Shown here: positions 49,451-62,005 of the stretch, in pieces
Layout: each line of letters starts with the position of its first letter
How positions within the stretch are numbered: position 1 is the first letter of the stretch
Assembly (NCBI GenBank): GCA_965113315.1
Contig: OZ220369.1
Length of the DNA: 64,000 nucleotides
Strand: one strand, 5' to 3'
From: Podarcis vaucheri
Taxonomy: Eukaryota
Made by a program: the position numbers and the translations under genes
The notes under the pieces: model-generated
Told to the model about the DNA's origin: nothing
Database searches by the model: none
What the model saw: only the letters and a program-made list of their open reading frames with translations

Positions 49451-52204
49451 GGTGTTTGTGTGACTTTGAGCGAAAATGTGAGAGAGGAGGAAGAATAAGA
49501 ATGGCAAGGATGTTGAATTCTGTTGACTGCTCGTTTATATCTATTGTATTATATCATGGGGAAATTATGTAATGTATATATGTAATATAAATTGAGTTGT
49601 ATCTGACCAATCCATATTCAGCGTAGATCCATTGAAATTAATGGAGTGGAGGGACACATTTATGCCATTCATATCTCCTCCAGCCCAGCGGAATGGGGAG
49701 TAGTAATATTTCTGGAATTTCAGTACTTTAGTTGTTATAGCAAATCAGGATTTTATTTATTCATTTTTTGCTGTTCAAGAGAATAAGAAGAGCTTGCTGG
49801 ATCAGGCCAATGGCCTGTATATAGCATAGCATCATTTTCTCTCAGTGGCAATCCAGATGCCTGTGGGAAGCCTGAAAGCAGGATCTGAATGAAGATCCTT
49901 TGACAGTGGAGATGGAACCCAGCCGTAGGTAGCCTTATTCAACATGAATTTGCTACCCATGTTGATGGTATAGTTTTATAGTTCCATAGTTTTAACTGTG
50001 TGCTGTGCTTTTATAAAACCCAGGCTTAAAAAACAAGACTGTATGCTGTGCGAAAATGTACTTTCAGTCCTTTCGTTCTTACATTTATGTATATTTCTGT
50101 ATACTTTGAAAATGGATTAGATTTATGATGTGTCCGTATGCTAGTATGTTCTCACTAAAACTCTGATTAAAAACAATATTAGGAACAGCAAAAAATCTCA
50201 AACTAGGCTTGCTCACTGCATTGTAGTGTTGTCCTAATAAAGCTCTCCCCTCCCTTGTCATATTGTGTTGGGAAATGGGTAGCTATGCTGGATTTGTACT
50301 TCTACCTTCTATTGTTCTTTTATTGACTATTTTATGATTTTATATACTATAAGCAGGCTTTGGTGGGAGAGGGCATTCTCTGTGCCAGCCCTTAAGTTGT
50401 GGAATTAGCTCACCACAGAGATGTGTCTTGCACTTACACTATATAGTCTCGATTGTATGTTGAAGATACATCACTTTACCCTCGCCTTTAGTGCCTGAGC
50501 TATGTATTTTTAGGACCCACCCAGTTCTCTTGACTGTAATTTGTTTGTAATGTTGCTATAATCCACCCTGGGACCTTATTGTGAAGGATGGCTAAGAAAT
50601 AAAATCACCATCAACAACAACACTTTGTGCACCACATTCTACAGTATGACTGGCTTCTGAAACTGTAGTTTTTGTGAAAAAGGTTGGGATCTTAAAGTAG
50701 CTTATGGTGTGGCTAAACCTTGTATATTGAACAAAAACTAGCCTATGTATAAATTTGGGTCACTCCGAGCTTTCCGGCAGCTGAATTCTACAAATGGAAT
50801 AGAAGTACTCTTTGAATGAATGAATTTTATAGTGTTGGTTACTAGAAAAGCATCTTAATAGTTATGCTTGCTTTTCTTGGCCATGGCACCACCTTGTGGT
50901 CATTCATATATACACTTTGTTGTTGTCCTGTGGGTTTGTAAATAGCTTTTATGTGCATTTAAATAGAAACCAACTCACAGCCTGCTTTTAGAGAGAGAAA
51001 TATAATGGTGCATATTAATCACGCCAGGACTGGAAGTTAAATCAGGCTTGGCGGAAGCTTTCCTACATTTATGCCATTTTCAGTGAGAAATGATCCCATC
51101 TCCCTTAAAAAGATGATGAAAACTCTTGCTAGTTACCAAAAAGTTGCTATGAAAACCTGTTCACCCAAGCCAGGTCAGGCTTTCTGCAATCCCTCAGAGG
51201 CTTTTTTCACACTTCCCATCTTTAAAGTGTAGATTTTTCACATCTAACTATCCATTTTTAATCTGCCTGCCTTGTTTCTGTGGTGAAAGCTTGGCTGCAG
51301 CTGTAACACTGCTGGCTAAGTAACAATTGTGCTGCACAGTGAAATATCACAATATGGTACTATGTAAGGCTGACACCAGTGACATGGAGTACAAATTCTT
51401 CCAGTACTTCCTTTTCCTGTGGAGGTTTTTCCATTTCATAATTTCGTTAGTAATGATTAATGCATGGCAATTGTGAATATATACAAGGCAATCTCGGCAG
51501 TTTCAAAGCTTCGTTTACTAAATACAAATAAAATAAGCATGCTAAATTAGATCACCCTGTAGGACAACAGAAAATGTTCTGATGAAGACTGAAAAATTGT
51601 CAATACAAAATTTTCTGTAATACCCGTGTCACTGTCTGAGGCATGCAGTTTTTAAAAATATTTTCTGGGTTATATAAGTCTGAGGGGTTTCTGTATTTCT
51701 GCAAACTGAGGTTCCTCCAAGGTGCCTGGTATCTCCTCTGTATGTGTGTGTGTGTTTGTGGTGTCACTTATGCCACTTAAAGAACCTGATTCGGAGAAGG
51801 AGTTCACTATTAGCCCATTTTGTCAAACCTATATACTGAGAGTAGACGGTTAGGTCTCCTTAGGGGACATAAAGCTGTTCCATTCATTCTGTAAGAGAGT
51901 AAAAAAACCCCTGGCAGCCTACTATTTATTGAACAGCGCTCCCTCCTGAGGAAGAAGAGAAATGCCATTTCTGTGGGGGCTCCTTAATATCCTGAGGTTA
52001 AATGTATTGAGCCGAGATAATGCTGCTTTGTAATCAATATAAATAAATCATCTCTTGAATTTTGACAGAACAGTCTTGCTCATTTTCTTCTGCGAACTCA
52101 GTGGTGCAGAATGATTTGACTGTGGAAAGAGAGAATGGTTAGAGCAAGGCACTGGCATAATAGCTCAGTAGCAGAGTGCAAACAGACATCTGGGGACGAA
52201 GCTT

Positions 52205-52238
<34 letters not shown>

Positions 52239-52243
52239 TATAT
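52205..52243. repeat. (TG)n microsatellite
   Basis: Seen directly in the sequence. Confidence 0.95.
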
Positions 52244-52914
52244 GCAGTTGTTGTCCCCCCCTTTGCTTTGTATGGTGAGGGGAGGATGATGCAGCCACTG
52301 CACTTGTGTAGATGCAATGCGAATAATACTTGTTCTGATAAACCACTAATTATCTGAATATAGGAAGCTGCCTTATACTGAGTCAGGCCAGTGGTCCATG
52401 TGGCTCAGAGTACTGGGCAGAGGCTCTGCAGGGTTTCAAATATGACACATCCCCAGTTTTACCAGGGACTGAACCTGCAAACGTCTGTGTGCAGATGCCC
52501 TACCACTGAACTACAACCCTTCACTTGTCATAGGCTAAATATCTTCTAGCTCAGTGTTCATTCGTCTAGACTTGTATTGTCTACACTGACCAGCAGTGGC
52601 TGTCTAGGGTTCCATGTGGAGTTTCTCCCAGCCCTACCTGAAGATGCCAGGGTTTGAACCTGAGACGTTTTTCATCCAAAGCAGACATGCTACCACTGAG
52701 CTATGGCCCTTTCCCAAATTTATTTCATTACTATTTTATTTTGCCTTTCTCTCAAGCAGCTCAGGACAATAAGGAGAGTCTCCAGCTTAATTTTATCCTC
52801 ACAACAATCCTGAGAAGTATGTTTGGCTGGGAGAGAGAGAGTGACTGGCCCAGGGTCACGCAATTAGCTCTATGGCCAAGAGAGGATTTGAAACTGGGTC
52901 TCCTTAGTCTCAAA

Positions 52915-53025
52915 AAGTTAAAGGACCCCTGACCGTTAAGTCCAGTTGCGGACGACTCTGGGGTTGCGGCGCTCATCTCACTTTACTGGCCGAGGGAGCC
53001 GACGTTTGTCCACAGACAGTTTTTC
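52915..53025 (-). mobile_element. Sauria SINE 3' fragment
   Basis: AAAGGACCCCTGACCGTTAAGTCCAGT...CTTTACTGGCCGAGGGAGCCG, near identical to 57778-57880. Confidence 0.85.
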
Positions 53026-53337
53026 ATTCCTTCTTTCCTTCCTTTACTGGCTTCAAGCCATGTGCGTTTCTTGAAAATATCCATCTGATTTTAAACTCAC
53101 ATAGTTTTACCAAAGTCCAAGTTGTATAAAGTGGGACCTGTTTTTATCAAGGTCCAAGTTTTCTGTAAACATTCTGATTTTGTAGGTTTTTAATTGAATT
53201 CTGACTTCCTGTCCTTGCAGTAGTAAGCATATATAAATCACATTATGAACACAAACTGCAGTAACTTTTAAAAACAAAGTTCAGCAGACAGAATTTTGAT
53301 TTTTAAAAAATGCCATTCATGTTCCCCCCCCCCACAG

Positions 53338-53383
53338 TTGTGAATTGACAGATAACAGCAGGCGCACAAGTCAGATTTCCCAG
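53338..53383 (+). other. candidate 46-nt 5' UTR exon of CMC2
   Basis: Poly-C tract plus ACAG acceptor at 53337 and a consensus CAG|GTAAGT donor at 53383/53384; contains no ATG. Confidence 0.5.
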
Positions 53384-53485
53384 GTAAGTACTAATTTTTA
53401 TATTGTTCCAGGCTTTCAAAGGTTAGAAATAGCTGCCTTATACAGAGGCAGACATTTGATCCATTTAGCTCAGTATTCCCTACAC

Positions 53486-53689
53486 CAGACCTTTCCGAAC
53501 TTTTCGTGTTGGTGACACTTTTTAGACATGCATAATTTTGCAACACAGTAATTCAATTTTACTAGCAAACTGGAGGCTAAACTAACCCCTTTCTAGCCCT
53601 GGGAGAAGCATGGGAAGCGTTCACGCAACACACCAACACATTGCAGGTGACACACTAGCGTGTCATGACAAACAGTTTGGCAAGCTCTG
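53486..53689. mobile_element. hAT-type MITE inserted in a SINE
   Basis: Imperfect TIRs CAGACCTTTCCGAACT / AGTTTGGCAAGCTCTG; perfect 8-bp TSD CCCTACAC. Confidence 0.8.
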
Positions 53690-54522
53690 CCCTACACTGA
53701 CTGGCAGCAGCTCTCCAATGTTTAAATTACTTACGCATCCTCACAACAATGCTATGAGGTAGGTTGTCCTGGGAGACAGTGATTTGTCCAGGGCTATGCT
53801 ATAAGCTTCACAGGTGATCAGGGGTTTGTATTTATGTATCACGTACAAACCTTATATTTTGTTTTGTCAATATAAAAACTGCTTCAGCCATTTTTCCCTG
53901 CCAAAGAAGAAAATGAACTTAAGTTTTCCTTTCTTAAACAAATGACTTTTTTAAAAAAAATGTTTGCTAGCTATTGGAACAGAGCCAAAATCCAGTTGTT
54001 GTAGCTTTATAAGTTTTGACCTGGAAGTCCTTTATGTTATGTTGCACTGTCCACTACAAATATTTCTCTTCTTTATTCTATGCATCCAAGCCCAGTGCAT
54101 TTTATTTTCTGCGTGTAAATGTTACAATTTTTATGGTTGTATTTGATAAATTGCAGGCGTTGGATCTACGTTACTAATACCAGTTCTTAAAATGTGTTAA
54201 GCTTGAAGGTGTTGCTTAAAATCTCCTTTTAAATAATAATATAAAAAACATGGTGATAGTTACCGTATAGTCACGCTGGTTCTATGCACTTCCAGTACCA
54301 GGAGGGAGCATTTGTCTGAATAGCAGTTCTTAGGCTTCACAAGAGAAGAGTGCTATTGCTTCTGATTGGTCACAATGGGACACAGGAAACTGGGCTAGAT
54401 CGGTCCTTTTGGTCTGACCCAGGAGGTTTCTTTTTACGTTCTGACCTAGCCAGGCTCTTATTTTCTTTCTTGTTCTCTTTGGTTCTTCCACCTCCCTCCC
54501 TGGAGAGAAATGAGTACAAAAC

Positions 54523-55660
54523 ATTTTTTTTAAAAAAATATAATTTTTATTAACAGGCCAATCACATCACATTATCCAAATCACATTAATTCCAAATTAT
54601 ACAGCCAAATTTTGTTGGGGGTACCCGTACATCAAGCTCCGAACGAGTCCAAACATCACTTGTATTGCGGCTTTAATTAAACAGTTCTATCCAGTGCAAT
54701 CCAGATAGTCCTTTATTACTTTCTTCATCTTCTTGTTGTTATCATATATTCCTTTCTTTGCGATCTCTGATAATCTTCACAAGAGATTAGAGACAGGCAT
54801 CCTCTGTGTGGGTTTTGTACACTCCAAAGATCATATCGCTCAGGGACAGCCGCCATTCCACGCTTCCATAAAAAATTAATCTTTGGTCTGTCCTTTAATT
54901 TTCTCAGGCTTGCCAAGTATATCAGGAGGGCTCTGTCAGGTTAAGATCACATTCCAACCATCCTTCTCATTCCAATGGTCCTGATTCTCCTCACCCGTCT
55001 TTCTTTCTCAGGCAAGCCTGTCTTAGCGAGACGCCATTTTAAGCTGCGTCATAAAATTTTCCTCCGCTCTCGTTGTTTACCGATCATCTCTTTAACTATA
55101 ATCCACTCCACACAGTTCTTGAATTCCTGCTTGTGGTTAGTAAAATGCAACGATCTTATTTCTTTCTGGGGTGGAGGGTTATTAATATCACATAATGCAA
55201 AGAAAAGAAATTTTTTTTCCTCCACCCCCCCTTCATTCCAAACATACAGTCTCTTAATGGTGGTTCATCAGTTGATTTACTTATCCATCTGTCACTCTGG
55301 TCACAGAGATCCATTAATCAGCAGTCTTATCTCTCGAACGTTGCTTGATGTATGTGCTTTAGCTTCATTCCAATCATATGTTTCCAATTATAATTCCGAG
55401 CTAAAGCAAACCAGCATGCGCTGATTGGAACTGGTGTCAGGAAGAGCCGAGCTCATAGAGGGCTCATGCCAAGTGACCTGCACCCCCTTCTCTCGAATCC
55501 GGGGGTGCATTGTGGACACCACTGGCAAGGCAGCCCGCCATCTCCTTGGGGGGGTAGGAAGACTGCATCCTTCCCATAGCAACCTCTTAATTACCTCGTA
55601 TGAGTCGGAGAGATGTTATTGTCGGCCATCTTCCAATGCGCCACCTGGTGGCCCCGAGTA
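54523..55660 (-). mobile_element. probable non-LTR retroelement remnant (L1/Tx1-like, non-autonomous)
   Basis: T-rich reversed tail with TTTATT at the left end, a purine-rich interrupted coding-like minus strand, and a CpG-containing 5'-UTR-like right end. Family not firmly identified. Confidence 0.4.
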
Positions 55661-57770
55661 CAAAGCAATTCTTTGTGATAGATACTCTATCTATCTGTGA
55701 TAGTTTTATCTATATTTTTATCCATATATTTTTATCTATATTATCTATATTTATCTTTATTTCCAGTTTATCTATATTTTTTCCTTTCCCATCCTCAAAC
55801 ATAAGACGCTCTTTGGCTATTAACCACTCCAAAGGCTACTAACCCTGATGGCTGTGCTCTGCCCCTGCTCAGAAACAGCATGCTTCTGAATACCAGGTGC
55901 TGGAAACCTCAGGAGGGGAGAGGGCTCTTGTGCTCAGGTCCTGTTTGGGAGCTTCTCACAGGCCTCTGGTTGGCTGCTGTGAGAAGAGGATGCTGGACTA
56001 GAGAGGTCACTGGCCTGAGCTTGCAGGATTCATCTTATGTTCTTGTACCTTCTGAATTTGGTCTGAAGTTTCGGGAGCTACCGAATTATCTTTGGGCTAC
56101 TTTATAGAAGCCGTCCTTCATGTCTGTTCAAAATCTCTCTCAAAAGGGGCTTTGTCCAAAGCGGAGGCCCACACATTGTGCTTGTGCCTTGCTTTTGGCC
56201 TTCTCGCTGGCATGGGTGAGAAGCAAAATGCGAAACCTAAACAGGCCTTTGTTCTTACCTTCTCAGGTTTTTACATTCTTATCTGTTCCATTTACCACTT
56301 TGGTATATGTCTTCTTGGCCGGCTAGCTTCTGATTTCTCGCTCACCCTAAAAGCTCAAAGGGGTGTGACAGCCCTTCCTTATCTCATTTTGTAGGTTGCC
56401 TCTAACTTGCCAAAGCTGAATAGCTTTCAAGATGGGCTACAGGAAAATTATCCTGAGGTCGTGCTCCCTTCTCTATATACTATACAATCACAAAAACACC
56501 CGATAGATCAGGTTTATTAAACTTGGTTGTTCAGGCTTGGTATTTCTGATACTCTGGGCTTATGGCTAGACCCTTGAGGTCAACATTGAAAGCCTTGCAG
56601 GAAGATTTACTTCTTGATTACTTTTTGAAGCAGTTGCACACCTTGATGCCTGGGGATACGTGTTGAAAGCACGGTTAGTGGTGCACATACCCAGGCAGCC
56701 AGAAGCTGAGACATTTACTGCTGCTCTATTCCTGTATAGTTAATAGAGATGAGGTGGAAATAGAGCTTCAGCTTTGAAAAATTGATTAATGGAAGCTGAG
56801 GTGTGGCAGAGCAGAAACTAGTAGCAAAAGGTCACCCCACAGAAGCTGCATTGGGGGCGGGCAAGGGACACACAGAGAAGCCCAACAGATACTGGGGATA
56901 GATATATTGATACCCGATGTATGAATTTCAACATATTTTGAGCCAATTGCGCTTTATCAGACAACTGTGTTCTCTGCCATTTTTTTTAAAAAGTCTTTCT
57001 TCAAAAGGAGTCATTGCCTAATCTACTGATTCTCTTCATCATTATGTATGTGGGGCTCAGAGGACCCTGTTCTATTTAAAACTAAATTTGCAGTGATTTA
57101 TGGCTAGAATCCAAAGAGCCAGTCCTGCAGCGCAGACTTTTGCACAAGCATTCAGGAATGAGTTACCCTCAGTTCAGTGGGACTTAAGTTCAAATGGGCC
57201 TATTAGGATTGCAGCTGTGGGTTCATACAAGGGGCTTAAACTAGCCCAATGGGACTGATTTACTTGGGCAGCTGATGCTCTCCCCATTCCCTACGTGTCT
57301 GGATGCATCATAAACTATATGAAACGCCCCAAGGTTTCAAAACCAGTTTGCTGCTCTTTGAGCTCACAGAACCAGTTTCCTAATTTGTTGGCTCCTGGCC
57401 CATTTTATCTGTTGATAAGTGAGTATGTAAGGTTTTTCCACTATGTAGAACCTTTAATTGGGCAAACAGGAAAAAGAGGAATTGCTCTCAGTTGATGAGC
57501 TGAACTAAAATCACCAACCCATTGTAGAATGTGAACTAAATTATGTTCTGGTTGTTGTGTTGTTGTTGTCATCGTCATTGTACTGTGGTATGATTCATTG
57601 CCTATCCGTATTGTAGATCTACAAGTAGGGTCAGGTTTTACTTTTGTTGTTGGATGAACTCCTCAATACATCTCTGTTCTATTATGTTTTATTCTATGTA
57701 TTTGGGTTTAAATTGTGCACAGGCAGTTGTGTATTTTATATAATGTAAGTTGCTTAAAGAAACTGTCATG

Positions 57771-58121
57771 TAAAGGTAAAGGACCCCTGACCGTTAAGTC
57801 CAGTCGTGAACGACTCTGGGGTTGTGGCGCTCATCTTGCTTTACTGGCCAAGGGAGCCAACGTTTGTCCGAAGTCAGTTTTTCCGGGTCATGTGGCCAGC
57901 ATGACTAAGCCGCTTCTGACGAAACCAGAGCAGTGCACGGAAACGCCATTTACCTTCCCACCGGAGCAGTACCTATTTATTTACTTGCACTTTGACGTGC
58001 TTTCAAACTGCTAGGTTGGCAGGAGCTGGGACTGAGCAACGGGAGCTCACCCCGTCACAGGGATTCAAACTGACCTTCCGATCAGCAAGCCCTAGGCTCA
58101 GTGGTTTAGACCACAGCACCC
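57771..58121 (-). mobile_element. Sauria SINE, near full length
   Basis: Reverse complement of the 7629-7981 family; flanked by AACTGTCATGTA / AACTGTCTTGTA. Confidence 0.9.
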
Positions 58122-58149
58122 CTTGCTTTCCTAACTGTCTTGTAGGAAG

Positions 58150-58365
58150 CAAAATAAAAAAATTCCTTCCTGTAGCACCTTAAAGACCAACTAAGTTAGT
58201 TCTTGGTATAAGCTTTCGTGTGCATGCACACTTCTTCAGATACTGTGTATGCATGCACACGAAAGCTTATACCAAGAACTAACTTAGTTGGTCTTTAAGG
58301 TGCTACAGGAAGGAATTTTTTTATTTTGACTATGGCAGACCAACACGGCTACCCATCTGTAACTG
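58150..58365. mobile_element. Penelope-like element remnant: 79-bp perfect inverted repeat plus terminal segment
   Basis: Arms 58150-58228 and 58250-58328 are exact reverse complements. They are followed by GCAGACCAACACGGCTACCC; direct repeat TTGTAGGAAGCA at 58140-58151 and 58366-58377. Confidence 0.8.
58206..58243 (-). ncRNA. minimal type-I hammerhead ribozyme motif (Penelope-associated)
   Basis: Minus strand reads GUAU-CUGAAGA-A-GUGUG-CAUG-CACAC-GAAA-GC-UU-AUAC: stem I GUAU/AUAC, CUGANGA and GAAA core boxes, 5-bp stem II, palindromic AGCU stem III. Confidence 0.65.
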
Positions 58366-58635
58366 TTGTAGGAAGCAGTTAATAAATGAAAAATATTATC
58401 ATTATTAAACTGATTAATTAATTGCTCACTACAGATTCTCTGATTTTACAAAAGATTAAGAGCCAAATGCAAATAGTACTTTACTGTATAATCATGCTTT
58501 GGTTCTGATCTTTTCGCTAAGAAATATACATAGGGCAAGATGCCCTATCTGGCATTCTCTTGGATATAAAAATGTATCACAATATTGACAGGTGGAAGAC
58601 TTCAGATTTTCCCCATGAGCTCTCCTTAATTTGCG

Positions 58636-58716
58636 ATGCACCCAGATCTGTCTCCTCATCTGCACAGCGAAGAATGCAATCTTATTATCCGTCTGCTCAA
58701 GGAGTGCCACAAAGAG
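58636..58716 (+). CDS. CMC2: COX assembly factor CMC2 (twin CX9C), coding exon 1; CDS join 58636-58716, 61505-61576, 62650-62724; 75 aa
   Basis: [27 protein letters not shown]|GTAAG contains the first CX9C; acceptor GACAG at 58591. Confidence 0.96.
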
Positions 58717-58854
58717 GTAAGACTTCTGCCTAAACCCAAAGCACACTGAAATGTATCCTGATAGAAAGGGCTTATCCCAGAATTCTACAGATAGAGGAGA
58801 CGGCCTTTGGGCAGTATGGCCATGAAATAGCTAAATACATCCTAAAGAGCAGCT

Positions 58855-58864
58855 CTCACTCTCT

Positions 58865-58899
<35 letters not shown>
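58855..58899. repeat. (CT)n microsatellite
   Basis: Seen directly in the sequence. Confidence 0.9.
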
Positions 58900-60122
58900 C
58901 TTGGCTCTGCGGCACACACAGTGTTGCTGATGGTGCCTTTAGAAAGTTCAGCAGGTTAAACTGATTCAGCAGCTGTGCAAGTTTGCCCATTTTCACAAGA
59001 GACAATTTTGTTTACCCTTTTCTTTCTCAATATAATGTAACATCCAGAAGCATCCATATTACTGCAGGTACGTACAGACGGGTTTATTGCTCTTAATACA
59101 GCTGGCGCATTAAGAGCAATCAAAGTGCTGGGCTTGCCACACAAGCCTTTTCAAAATTATTGCTGAGAGATTTTGCCTAGAAGGCAGTTGCTGGGTTAGG
59201 TTTTGGGTGGGAGGGAGTTGCTAGGTGCTTACGATTCTCAAATATGATGGAGACGTCAGCTTGCAAGGGTGTCCTGTAGCCATGGGCCTTGTATCGCTCA
59301 TCCTACTCCTTGGCTGCCGTTGTTCTCTTCAAGCAATGAGAACTTTGCTGCTGCTGCTACCACCTAATTACGCCATGGTGGGTAATTAAGAGCTGCCTTT
59401 TGTTGCTCGGTAGAATTCATCTGCGGTAACATTCCTGCCTGGCCATGGCTGCAAGGGAGCCTTTTTTCGGAATTAATATTCATGAACAGCTCTAATCCTT
59501 TCATGTTTTAGAAAGGCTAGGTGAAATGTTACATATAATTATAGGTTAACAAGATGTGGTTTATGATCAGTCCTACTTGAAACCTATATTTGATTGCTGG
59601 AAGAAGAGAAATGGAAGCACAGCCAAGGAAGGAAGGAAGGATCTTTTACTCTCAGTATAAAGATGCAGATGATGCATTTGACACGTTAAAAATTGCTAAC
59701 TGTTCTCTAGCTGTGCATGTAGAAGCAACAATAAAGAGTTAATTAGCTGAAAATAGTTTCCTGCAGAAGGAAGTAGAATATCTGCATTTGTGGTCCAGGT
59801 CCCAAAAATAAATTTCTTTATTTTCTAAATACTACTTACAAAAGAACTTCCCCCTGTTTCTTAGTTAACTTATATGGTCCATTGATTGTTTCCTGTTAGG
59901 ACTTTGGAAACATGCTTTTATTGAGATTAATACAAGGCAAGTATAGGAAGTGGGGTGGAAACCAGCATACAAATTCAATGCAGCTGCTAATAATTTTGAA
60001 ACAGTTATACAGTCCTGTACTGAACTGGTGCCTAGGCTCCTAAAGGCTTTTGTGACTTACTGCTGTAGTAAGCACTGAACTGGTTGTGGTTAGGATTGAG
60101 CCAAATTGGAGGGGGAAGTGGT

Positions 60123-60166
60123 ACAAACAAACAAACAAACAAACAAACAAACAAACAGACAAACAA
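60123..60166. repeat. (ACAA)n microsatellite
   Basis: Seen directly in the sequence. Confidence 0.95.
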
Positions 60167-61504
60167 TCCAGTGAATACGTGTGTGTGCACACGTAAAAAT
60201 TACACTAGCCTGTTTAGAGGGGGGCAGGAAGCATTTCTCTGGCTCTGTGACATGAGGTAACTAAATTTAATAGTTTATGCAGCATAACCAAGGTTTGTCC
60301 TATGTTTACAATACATGGTTTGACTGAGAGAGCTAAATCACGAGCCCATTAAGCTTAGTGCATCAGCCAAATGACCAAGAAAGAGCAAAGTGACTGCAAT
60401 ATGCTCTCTTTGAGCCTGCATGTTGCGCTTCCACACTATACTGTGGTTTGACGTGTGAACCAGACAGCTTCCTATGTATTCTATGGGTGCAGCAACTATG
60501 GATGAGAGTCTTTAGGTTTGGGTTGGGGGAAATCTTTCAACTGCTGGCTCAACTACTCAAGGCCTCTCTTGGGATGTGTGTCCAGGAACAATGCCTACGC
60601 TCCACCCCCACCCACTTTCTGCTCTTTCCCTTTCCGATGGTTGGCAGGGGGAGTGTCAATCACGAGGTGAAAAGAAAATAAGTAGCTGTTACTATTAGTA
60701 GTCTCTTATATCCCACGTAATACCAAAATAGGCTTCTAAGCGGTTTACAAATATAAAAACACAAGCATGGTGTCATACAGCTGTTGGTGATGACAACTGG
60801 AAGTTGGGAAGCCAGGCCCAGGGTTAAGCCTGGGTTAGGGAGTTAAGGTCCTGAAGTAGACTGGAGAATATTTTGTACTGTGGATTTGTTTTCATATTTT
60901 AAATTGTAAACTACCTTGGCAGAAAGGTATGTGTGCAGTGATTAAAAAACACACACACTGACATCATAGCCTTGGTCAGCTAATTAACGTACACAGTCAT
61001 GAAACAAATGCCTTTGTCTTGGTTTGACCCATGTTGTCAGAAGTGTCACAACCTCCATTTTACAGATTTTGGGGGGGAGGGGGAGTTGGAAAGGAAATCC
61101 AGTGTGACTGATTATGAATTACCATTACCACTAATTTAAACGTAAATTATAATCTTCACTTTGAACTCTTCCCATGTCCGCCAACACTTTATATTGTTTC
61201 ATTGATAACATAAGAGGAAAAATGACATTTACGTAATCTAAGCACAACCACAAGCGCTCCAGATCAGGTGTTTAGGGTGTGCAATATTGAATGTTACCTG
61301 TTAACCCTCTTTCCCCTTCACTTTTGCTTTTGTTTAAACCAATTCACAAACCAAGAACTTGTACATTGACCGTTAATGATGAATCCTATCTTGTAAATAT
61401 TACTTCAAAACTGTTATACTGTTTTTTTGTGATATACAAATGACATGAGAAGACTTGGTGTATTTATTTGTATAATTTATTATTACTGTGGTCCTGTTTC
61501 TCAG

Positions 61505-61576
61505 CACTCCATCATGAGATATTTTGGTCGTTGCAATGATTTTGACAAAGAAATGAGGCGATGCTTAAAGAAAGAG
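61505..61576 (+). CDS. CMC2: CMC2 coding exon 2
   Basis: TTTCTCAG|[24 protein letters not shown]|GTAAG contains the second CX9C. Confidence 0.95.
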
Positions 61577-61652
61577 GTAAGCCACAGACAATGAGGCCAG
61601 ACCACTGAAATATTCCCAAACACCCCTTTCAGTTTTGTGCCTTCCTCTTGAC

Positions 61653-62005
61653 AAGTGGTTCCCAAGGTGGGCTGTACCAATCCCAAGAAGGGCAGTGGGA
61701 TTATCTATGGGGGTACTATGAGGCAAGGGGAAAGTTGGAGGTGTAAATGACTAACAGACTTTGAAATGTTGGTATCACTGGATCAAGTTCCACAGTTTCA
61801 TTGAATTAATTGAACTAAATAGTTTTAATTTGGTTTTGAATAAATGTGAAATTAGTTATTACTCTTTTGAATTTTATGGTGTTGTTCTATTTAGTAGGTC
61901 ATGCAAACAGCTCTTCTGAATGATGCTTTTTGTAGAGCTGGGTAGTGGGCATTGGGGATGAGTTTATGAAACCAAGCATGGCCTGAAAAAGTTTGAGAAC
62001 CCCTG
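61653..62005. mobile_element. hAT-type MITE (older)
   Basis: Ends AAGTGGTTCCCAA / TTGAGAACCCCTG; TSD CTCTTGAC / CTCTTGAG. Confidence 0.65.

Noticed and set aside
54975-55842. 149-aa and neighbouring plus-strand ORFs
   Set aside because: They are antisense to a probable retroelement remnant or are low-complexity (TATCTA)n sequence, with no recognisable protein.
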